DNA from: Guillardia theta CCMP2712
Lineage: Eukaryota; Protista; Cryptophyta
Assembly: GCF_000315625.1 (NCBI RefSeq)
Contig: NW_005434537.1
Location: 80,631-144,630 of the forward strand
Reading direction: 5' to 3'
Length of the DNA: 64,000 bases
Positions 22,901 through 30,823 of the stretch are shown here, one piece after another (the stretch's first letter is position 1; every line of letters begins with the position of its first letter). Below the pieces are notes generated by a model. The model searched no databases. It was not told the DNA's origin and worked only from the letters and a program-made list of their open reading frames with translations. Both the position numbers and the translations under genes were made by a program.

Positions 22901-22995
22901 ATAGCAAAGGTCAGCGAGCTCGACATCCCGCTGTACACGTCCGCGAACGTCGTCGCCTGGATAGCGACCGGGTTGAGATAAGCAGGGAAATTCAG

Positions 22996-25704
22996 GTTGT
23001 GATTCGCGGCGTTCCCGCAGAAGAATTTCTGCGGCTGGTCGAAGGTGCGTCGCCTTTCCTCCTCGCCAAGACACGGAGCCCCGACATGGTGGTGAGCGGG
23101 GCAAACTACACGGACGGGAAGAAGAAGCGCATGGGCCTGACCCTAGCACTGAAGAATGACCAGCGGGTGGACCCCGAGGACACGGTGCCGCTGTGCGAGT
23201 ATGGGAAGTTGATCTTCGTGAGCGAGGACTGCCACACGCTCATCCAGAACACGGGCCAGGCCAAGACGTTCCTTAGGGAGGCCTGCTCCAAGAAGTCGGA
23301 TGCGGACGGCGGGGCGAAGACGGGTGAGAACTACAACAAGAAGCTCATGCTTATGGAGGAGCCAAGGATCATGCTCATCGCCACAAACCGCAAGGAGACT
23401 GAGATGGGTGACGTCTTTTCGCTCGCGGCGCGGCTCAGGTTCTTCGAGTCGGCGGCGGAGGACACGTGCGTACCCCTGAGGACGAGCGAGCAGGAGAACC
23501 ACACGCGGGCCAGGCTTGGCAGCGACGCCGTCACCGCCGTGTCCACCACCTCCGCGCGCTTCTCCCTCGCCCACGACCTTGGGCACCTGCTGGCCCGGGC
23601 CGACGGAAGGGGCAAGGAGTCGGTGGACCTGAACCTGACCCGGTCGAGGCAGAACGCCCTGCTCATCGTGGTTCAGCACGCCTGCACCGCCATCGCACAG
23701 CTCTTCACGCTGAGTGGGTTCCGTCTTTACTGCAACGAGAACAATTGCGTCTCCCGCATGGTGCAGAAGGAGGTCAATGCCGTCCTTTTTAGAATTTTGG
23801 AGCCCCTCTTGAGCTCGGATGTGAACGAGGAGGACCGCTTCGTCAGGAAGCAGGAGGGGCTTATGCTCTCTCTAGCCGTTCCGATGCACATCCAGGCCAT
23901 CGTGCTGCGGAAGCTGCTGGCACAGACAATGCGGGGCGCGACACCGGACCTCGACACCCTGGTGCGCGACAGCATCATGGAGCTGATCTTCTCCGACCTC
24001 TCTCTGCACTGCATGGTGTCCGCCTACGTCTCCAACGTGACCTACGACTCTTTCATGTACGTGATGATGCGCTGCTGCATCCGCAAGCTGGAGCTGCCGA
24101 CGGGCTACACCCTCCCGCTCCTCGTCCGCCTGGTGGAGGCGGGCTCGATCGAGGGGATGGAGGGGGCGACGGCGCAGGAGGTGGCGGCGCTCACGGCGCT
24201 CAGGGTGTGGGTGCAGCACCGCATGAAGTTCCTGGTCCAGACCAAAGATTTGTACAGCACTAAGCCGAGGGAGGTGGACAGCCTTATGGATAGCTACCTA
24301 GGGATAAGGGAGCACTGGACGAGCGCGGAGGGGCGCTCCAACTTCATCGCGGACGCGGGATTCTTCGCCAGTGGCCAGATGGAGGACGCGGAGGGGGAAG
24401 AGGCGGGGAAGAACATATGGAAGACGATCCAGGGCCTGCTCTTGGGGCTGCCGGAGGTGCAGAATGCCTTCTCTAGCTTCCGCCTGCGGAGGGAGATGCT
24501 GAGCCCCGAGCTGCTTCAGATGCTCTTCGGTGCCAAGCGGCTGAACCGTGCCTGCATGGACACCATCTTCGGGAGGGAGGGCTTCAAGTTCGTCGAGCTG
24601 CTGCAGGCGCTCGGGGTGCCCGCCGAGCTCGTGCCCGCGGGGTGGAAGAAGATGAGCCTGCACTCGGCGCTCAGGGACGAGGGCAACCGCAACTCCAACA
24701 TCTTCAACCTCGTCTACGTCGGGAGGACCTCCTGCGTGCTGGCAGTCAACGTGATCGCGCTGGTGCTGCTCGCCCCCCTCTTCCAGACGGAGAACCTGAA
24801 CATCCTCCACCAGCTGCAGCAGAAGCACACCACCTGCAAGGCCGTGGAGTTTGCCATCACGCGGAAGGTGCCCAGGGCTTACTGGCCCCGCGGCGCGCTC
24901 CCCGTGCTGCAGGTCGACCACCTCGGCAAGTGGATCAGCTTCCGCCTGCCCGACGAGGAGGCGCTGCCGCCGCACCGCTGGCTCTTCCCTCGCATCCACG
25001 ACATCGAGTGGCATGGCGCGCAGCCAAGGATGAAGGGCAACGCCTCCAGCATCACGCCCTTCTTCGAGGAGGAGACAGCAATATGCGGGAACATGGTCGG
25101 CATGGCAAAGCGGATGCGGGAGGGCATGGAGCTCACCGACGACCCCATCCCCTTCTTCGACTACCTGCAGATGATCGACAACTTCCGCACCGAGGGCCCG
25201 GAGTTTTTGATGCCGCTGGATTACGACGCCTTCAACCTCTACGTCCTGGTGACCCCCGAAGGGCAGTACGTCCTCTGCAAGATCATAGACGACGGAGCAC
25301 CGCAGGTCGACATCTACCTCTTCAACGTGAACCAGGACTTCCACATGGAGAGAGAGGATGTCATCCGCATCCCGCTGTCAAACATGCACACCGCGCTCAT
25401 GCGGCTGCGCGCCTACCCCTACCCCCGAATCTTCTGCCGCCGTCTGGTGTTCGCTGGGAGGCAATACCGCGACAAGTACGAGGGCCTGGAGGGCAGGGAG
25501 TCCATCGCCTCCTTCGGCGTCGTCCTCGCCCCGCCCGGGGAGATGATCCTGGACTACGACGGAACCTACACCGTGGAGCTCTACGATCTTGAGCGCGACG
25601 AGCCCTTCACGGCCGTGAAGGGCTCATACAGAGAGAAGTCAACAACGGCATCCGGGAGCGTGGTTGGATTGGATCGTATGATCAACATGCCGATTCCAAA
25701 TTGA
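22996..25704 (+). CDS. Large viral protein, candidate C-terminal half of an AAA+ helicase lacking Walker A
   Basis: Walker-B-like KLIFVSED, sensor-1-like IMLIATN, Arg-finger-like SLAARL; begins after TTCAG acceptor, first ATG only at 23086. Confidence 0.6.
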   Translation, partial: VVIRGVPAEEFLRLVEGASPFLLAKTRSPDMVVSGANYTDGKKKRMGLTLALKNDQRVDPEDTVPLCEYGKLIFVSEDCHTLIQNTGQAKTFLREACSKKSDADGGAKTGENYNKKLMLMEEPRIMLIATNRKETEMGDVFSLAARLRFFESAAEDTCVPLRTSEQENHTRARLGSDAVTAVSTTSARFSLAHDLGHLLARADGRGKESVDLNLTRSRQNALLIVVQHACTAIAQLFTLSGFRLYCNENNCVSRMVQKEVNAVLFRILEPLLSSDVNEEDRFVRKQEGLMLSLAVPMHIQAIVLRKLLAQTMRGATPDLDTLVRDSIMELIFSDLSLHCMVSAYVSNVTYDSFMYVMMRCCIRKLELPTGYTLPLLVRLVEAGSIEGMEGATAQEVAALTALRVWVQHRMKFLVQTKDLYSTKPREVDSLMDSYLGIREHWTSAEGRSNFIADAGFFASGQMEDAEGEEAGKNIWKTIQGLLLGLPEVQNAFSSFRLRREMLSPELLQMLFGAKRLNRACMDTIFGREGFKFVELLQALGVPAELVPAGWKKMSLHSALRDEGNRNSNIFNLVYVGRTSCVLAVNVIALVLLAPLFQTENLNILHQLQQKHTTCKAVEFAITRKVPRAYWPRGALPVLQVDHLGKWISFRLPDEEALPPHRWLFPRIHDIEWHGAQPRMKGNASSITPFFEEETAICGNMVGMAKRMREGMELTDDPIPFFDYLQMIDNFRTEGPEFLMPLDYDAFNLYVLVTPEGQYVLCKIIDDGAPQVDIYLFNVNQDFHMEREDVIRIPLSNMHTALMRLRAYPYPRIFCRRLVFAGRQYRDKYEGLEGRESIASFGVVLAPPGEMILDYDGTYTVELYDLERDEPFTAVKGSYREKSTTASGSVVGLDRMINMPIPN

Positions 25705-27149
25705 TACGTGTTCATTGCATTGTTGTTGTTTGCGAGCGTGCCGACGTAAAGCTCTATTGCCGTCTGTAAGATCTCGATTGTCAGTATGCTGTTCGCCCTG
25801 TCCGCATCGTTAGCATAATAAGACTTTATCCCATGTTGTTCGTCGTATAGTTCCATAAAGGTCCTGTTTGGCATTGCATCGATCAACTCCTTGGCAGTCA
25901 TCGTGGTGGAGTAAGAGCTTGGAAGCCCGTATATGGATGTGTAGTAATCCACTTGCATGTCATAGATACAGTTCACTGTGGAAGTGGTCTGGATGCAAGG
26001 GTTTAGGCGGTCCCCTGGCTGTGCCCCATTTGGCTTGGTAAAGTAAATTGCCTGGATGTAGTCATTGTTGGTGGGGTCGTCGTAGTGCTTGACCTTGGAG
26101 GTCCAGGTCTGGGTCTGGTTGGAATAGGTAAGGCCAACAATGACCTGAAGGCTGGGCGATGCCTGCTTGAGGACGTTGAGGGCCTCGCCTTCACCGGGAA
26201 CGACGAGAGAGGTAGTGGAAGACAGCACATTGATCTGGAGTAGCTGCCTTGCGTTGACCTGTTGTGCAAAGAGGTTGGAGTTGAGTGTTGAAGTGAGCAG
26301 TTGCATCTGATCCCATGACTGTGATTGTAATGCCACCAATACATAGGTTGAGTTAGCTGCAGATCCGTCCGACTGGGACACGAGATCAAGCAATCTCCTG
26401 CGCAGTATTCCCTGTGATACGATGCTTCTCTCGAACTGTGTGAATGATCTCCAAAAGTCCAGCATCTCCTTAGTTTGGATCTTCTTGTACTCCGAGAGGC
26501 GTTGTAGCTCTTGAGCGATGGGGTTCTGTTCATTGTAGTATTGAGCTCCATTGGATTCACCCGCAAAGCTGTAGTTTGATTCATTGAATGCCTGTGGATT
26601 GTAGTAGACGACACCACTGGGGTTGGCGTTGGGGTCGTAGCTAGATAGGGTCTCAATGTATTGTAATGAATCAACCGTGATACTTCCGTTTGGTTGAGGA
26701 CTTGGTTCAGCGGATACATACACATCTTGACTGATGTTTGTGATGTTTGTAGTGAATCCGAGCCCTTGTAAGAGCTGGGTTGTGTTTTCATAGGTTGCAT
26801 TGCTCGTATTGCTTTCGAGCCATTGAAGCAATCTCCTCCCAACGGGTGTTGAGTTGAACTTGCTAATAATGGTAAGATCATCAAACAGAGCATCAGAATT
26901 TTTAAAAATAGATACGAAGGTCTGGATAACATAATCCATCGCCTTGGACGTCTGGGACTGCAGATATTGATTGACTTCGGTCTGAATGTAATCCTTGATG
27001 TCCGTCCCATTGAGCTTCGACTCTGCAACAACAAGGCTGTCTGGTGGGATGGAGATGGTTGCAACCGTAAAGTACTTCGTATCATATATGCCCGCGTGAA
27101 TGATGGAAACATAAGACAACAGGAGTATGAGTTTCAATGCGCTGTTCAT
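25581..27149 (-). CDS. Secreted S/T/N-rich protein with RRLL motifs
   Basis: Signal peptide MNSALKLILLLSYVSIIHA; GRRLLQ, RRRLLD, ARQLLQ; many NxS/T sites. Confidence 0.75.
   Translation of the reverse strand: MNSALKLILLLSYVSIIHAGIYDTKYFTVATISIPPDSLVVAESKLNGTDIKDYIQTEVNQYLQSQTSKAMDYVIQTFVSIFKNSDALFDDLTIISKFNSTPVGRRLLQWLESNTSNATYENTTQLLQGLGFTTNITNISQDVYVSAEPSPQPNGSITVDSLQYIETLSSYDPNANPSGVVYYNPQAFNESNYSFAGESNGAQYYNEQNPIAQELQRLSEYKKIQTKEMLDFWRSFTQFERSIVSQGILRRRLLDLVSQSDGSAANSTYVLVALQSQSWDQMQLLTSTLNSNLFAQQVNARQLLQINVLSSTTSLVVPGEGEALNVLKQASPSLQVIVGLTYSNQTQTWTSKVKHYDDPTNNDYIQAIYFTKPNGAQPGDRLNPCIQTTSTVNCIYDMQVDYYTSIYGLPSSYSTTMTAKELIDAMPNRTFMELYDEQHGIKSYYANDADRANSILTIEILQTAIELYVGTLANNNNAMNTYQFGIGMLIIRSNPTTLPDAVVDFSLYEPFTAVKGSSRSRS
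25600..25625. repeat. Perfect 26-bp palindrome in the overlap of two convergent genes
   Basis: gagcccttcacgg|ccgtgaagggctc. Confidence 0.97.
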
Positions 27150-27291
27150 GCAAGGGTGATGTCGGGCGTAGTTTGGTTCGGTTTGATTTTTGGCTTGATT
27201 TGAGTGGGTCAGTCACCAAAAATAACACCTCGATTAGGTTTGGATGTAATTTTATAGTTCTACATTTGTTTTCAACCTTTTATATAGGATT

Positions 27292-28155
27292 TCAATATAC
27301 CGTACTGTAAAGCCATGCCTCCAAAGATAGCACCAACGCCTTCAACAATGCCGCAGCGACAAGAAGCACCGTAGGACCGCCCAAGAGTGCCAATCCAGCA
27401 CCCAGAGACGATGCAACGGCGAACGAGACCACGAAACCACTCAATCGGTAATCCGATGGTATGGTTCCTAAAAGGCCTAGGATCATCAGGCTCCTTGGCC
27501 AGAAGTGTGTGTAATCGTCCGAATTGAACCAGCCAAGCATCAGCGGTATCTTGCTAGTTGTGTCCCTTATCCATGCTCGATCAAGCACCAACAATACTAT
27601 GATAAGGAATACGTCCAACTCTGCGTGCTTTGTGTAGGACTGCCTGATATCACGGTAGGAGACAATAGCGAGCGCGATACAGTTCATCACAATAGAGCCG
27701 ATCTCGTAGTTATACCTCGTGTCTACTGCGAGCGTATCTTCAGTCATCAATGATTGGTTGTATGTGTTTATGTTGAACACAAGGAATAGTAAGAAGAGCC
27801 ATGTCTTGTAATTATCCATAGGTTTAAGCGCAAAATGGAGAAACAGTATCAACAGCCCCGTCCCAACCGCGTTGTCAGTGTACCCAATGGATAGGATGAC
27901 CGCGCATGGTATAATCATCTGGCTCACGCTGTAGAGATTGTCTAACCATGGGATGCATCTCCTCCCATTGTATAAAGGTATTGGGTATGCAATCGATGTA
28001 AGGTATGCAATCGTCACGGATACATTGTATGCAACGAGGGCGGGTATCTGGAGCTCGCTACTCGTTATGAAGCTTTGGTAGGATGCCAGTATATAGATGG
28101 GCAGTATAGAGATTCGGGTATGAGATGTTCCCATATCTTGTGGTTCTTTATGCAT
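27292..28155 (-). CDS. Polytopic membrane protein (287 aa)
   Basis: ORF composed largely of hydrophobic helices. Confidence 0.7.
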   Translation of the reverse strand: MHKEPQDMGTSHTRISILPIYILASYQSFITSSELQIPALVAYNVSVTIAYLTSIAYPIPLYNGRRCIPWLDNLYSVSQMIIPCAVILSIGYTDNAVGTGLLILFLHFALKPMDNYKTWLFLLFLVFNINTYNQSLMTEDTLAVDTRYNYEIGSIVMNCIALAIVSYRDIRQSYTKHAELDVFLIIVLLVLDRAWIRDTTSKIPLMLGWFNSDDYTHFWPRSLMILGLLGTIPSDYRLSGFVVSFAVASSLGAGLALLGGPTVLLVAAALLKALVLSLEAWLYSTVY

Positions 28156-28279
28156 TTGCTTTCCTTTGGATTATTTCATGTAATGCCGATGATTTTTTTA
28201 ATACTCAGGATGGTGGAGATTGATGTTTGGTGACTGATATTAAAGACATTTTATATTGACATGATGCAAAGATTGGGAC

Positions 28280-28642
28280 ATGTACACTCCATACAGGATC
28301 AAACACAACATATTGCAGACAAATAACATGCGCCTGGGAAACCATTCGGAAGAGATTCCAGAGGCCCAGATAGTCAATCCGTCCGAAAAGGACATCGAAG
28401 AACTCAGGCACGAGGTTGAAGGTTCTCAGCCCCTCAACCCTGTCAAATGCTTCTCCGTCTTGACTGGCATACCCAGTTACATCATGGATTACTTCAAGAA
28501 GACAGACCCTTCTTCTATCAAGACAGAGGGCGATGTGCGGGCGGAGGAGGCCAGGTTGCAGAGAGATATACTTGCCTGGATGTTTATAGGTGCCGCCTTC
28601 TTCGCCATATGGGTCATTGTAGTGCAGAAAAAGGGGTTGTAG
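28280..28642 (+). CDS. Small tail-anchored membrane protein
   Basis: C-terminal TM ILAWMFIGAAFFAIWVIVV followed by KK. Confidence 0.6.
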   Translation: MYTPYRIKHNILQTNNMRLGNHSEEIPEAQIVNPSEKDIEELRHEVEGSQPLNPVKCFSVLTGIPSYIMDYFKKTDPSSIKTEGDVRAEEARLQRDILAWMFIGAAFFAIWVIVVQKKGL

Positions 28643-28697
28643 GTGGTAAAGGATATTTTAAAACTCAATAAATGATCGGGGCAAAGACATTTAAACG

Positions 28698-30041
28698 GTG
28701 ACAATACAACACAAATTCATCCAAATCTGCGTAATGGGTATAAACGCGAGCCTGATCGGAACGATGGTAGCCAGAGATACGATGAGGAGCGAGAGGCTAG
28801 AGAGCCGAGAGATGAAGAGGAGATGCAATAAAAGGCACACGAGAGATTCTGCACAAGCAATGCATCAGATAAATCCCGACCTAGAAGACATGGATTCGGA
28901 AGAGACGAACGGTGGAAAGAACCTTCAGACAAACTGGTTTAGTCTAAGGAAGGGTTTCATATGCCCTATGACATTGGAGTTTGTGGACAAGGGGATGGAA
29001 GAATGTCCAATACTTCTGGAACGTTTTCAAGAATGCAAGCTTGAATTCAATGAGGGCTTGAAGTATGAGATGAAAGATTCGAATGGAGATATGAAGGTCT
29101 TCAACAAGGCAACCATCGATGGTTGCAAACACTCATTCTTTCCACTTGCACTGGCGATGCATTGGATGATCCACGGGATGAGATGCCCGTTGTGCAAGTT
29201 TGGGGATGACAGGAAGCTCTCTGTGTCCTGCCTTCCATTCCACTGTGCCCACAGGATGAAGAATCAAGTCAGGAAGATCAGGAACGAGATCGACGAAGAA
29301 GTCTTCGAGTCGGATCTTCAACTCGTACAGAACATTAGATTCGAGGACGATATGAACCTCCTGGGCAACATTTCGGGTGAGCACTTCCCTACCGCTATCA
29401 TGCTCGATGTCATTCCATTGCAGAATTGGGATATCATCAATGAGCATATGCAACTATATGTCACCCTTCACTATGAAAGTGATTTGATATCACAGGAGCG
29501 CGTATTGGCAACACTTGGTACACTAGGAGTTACCAGTCAATGGAGGCTCGAACGTTCATCAGAGGAGTCGACGACGTTCACGGTACAAGGTTGTTTATCT
29601 TTATGCGAAGATACTTTGATAATCGACGACCCTACATTTGGATTTATGAACGTTCCTCGTTCCCAGTGCCGCTTGATGTCCAAGATCAATCAAACGACCA
29701 AACCTTCTTACATCAGTTGCAGTCTGGTCTATCAAGATCCGATGATCACATTGAACGTCTGTAAATCGAACGATATCCCAGCCAAGTGCCCTGACAATGG
29801 CACATTGTTCTCCAGCTCGCAACTGATCATGGAAGAGAACGATGAGGCCGTATGCTGTGGATATCTAGAGACACAATGGATGCCGCTGGAGCTCTGCAAC
29901 CCATCCACTTTCGGTTATGGCATATTCTATCAAAGGGTTATTGTGGACAAACAGGCATTCATTACAAGAGTGACAAGGAGTAAGATCATACTGTATCTAG
30001 TTGAAAACGAGATGCTCATGAACGATAACCAGTTCTATTAG
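28698..30041 (+). CDS. RING/U-box-like domain protein (likely start 28734)
   Basis: FICPMTLEF ... GCKHSF ... RCPLCK. Confidence 0.65.
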   Translation: MTIQHKFIQICVMGINASLIGTMVARDTMRSERLESREMKRRCNKRHTRDSAQAMHQINPDLEDMDSEETNGGKNLQTNWFSLRKGFICPMTLEFVDKGMEECPILLERFQECKLEFNEGLKYEMKDSNGDMKVFNKATIDGCKHSFFPLALAMHWMIHGMRCPLCKFGDDRKLSVSCLPFHCAHRMKNQVRKIRNEIDEEVFESDLQLVQNIRFEDDMNLLGNISGEHFPTAIMLDVIPLQNWDIINEHMQLYVTLHYESDLISQERVLATLGTLGVTSQWRLERSSEESTTFTVQGCLSLCEDTLIIDDPTFGFMNVPRSQCRLMSKINQTTKPSYISCSLVYQDPMITLNVCKSNDIPAKCPDNGTLFSSSQLIMEENDEAVCCGYLETQWMPLELCNPSTFGYGIFYQRVIVDKQAFITRVTRSKIILYLVENEMLMNDNQFY

Positions 30042-30084
30042 TGTATTTATTTCAATACATTCAGATAATTATTAAACAATAGTG

Positions 30085-30771
30085 ATGCAGTCATCGAAGA
30101 ACATGTTCTCTCTGCAATCGCTCTGGCAGCAGTGCATAGACGCTGTAGAATTGCTCAGGAGATCCAGCGAAGCAGAGACGGGTGTCTTGAACGAGATAAA
30201 GCTAGAGACTGAGTTAGAGAGGAGATTAAGACTGCTCCATGAGCGCGAGAGGAGGGTTGAGTCGGGTGTAAAGGACATGGACGGCTTCAAAAGGATGCAG
30301 AGATGCAGGGATGCGCTATCGACGCTGGATAGGAAGGGTTGGCCAAGGTCATTCCATCAGAAGGAGTTCCATGACGACTTTCTAAGAGCTTGTGCAAGAT
30401 TGTTTTGGAAGACGGAGCCCAAGGGACAATTCAACAGGGACCATCAAAAGATATTGGAGCTCAATGGATGGGATCATCTTGCACAGGAGATCCTTGTAAG
30501 CACGCCGAGAAGGTTTGGAAAAACAATATCTGTCAGCATGTTTGCGGCTGCTATCATATTCTCGGCCCCGTCCATTGAAGTATCCATTTATTCCACGTGT
30601 AAGCGCATCTCACAGAAGCTGTTGAACAATATCCGGAAGTTCCTCCACCTAATCTACGAAGGGATGGACGCAGAACCCTTCAAGGTGATCCGCTCCAACA
30701 TGGAGGAGATCGTTCTCAAAGGAGACAATGGAAGCCAGGACGTCAGACTCGTCAATTCTTATCCATCCAAG
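30085..30771 (+). CDS. Terminase ATPase subunit, N-terminal (Walker A) exon
   Basis: SFHQ adenine-binding motif, ILVSTPRRFGKT Walker A (cf. herpes VPRRHGKT); ends NSYPSK at AAG|GTAATG; no Walker B or nuclease (ORF stop at 30822). Confidence 0.85.
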
Positions 30772-30823
30772 GTAATGCAGTGTGGTAGTTTAGGTTTTAT
30801 TTACACACTAACAAAATGCTAAC

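Noticed and set aside
24298-25592. 348-aa antisense and 316-aa alternate-frame ORFs
   Set aside because: Shadow ORFs of the GC-rich 901-aa gene
11507-25612. Invertible segment between the two junctions that would restore the flanking secreted-protein genes
   Set aside because: Both junctions are tail-to-tail, so inversion would not create sense fusions, and the two ends share no repeat
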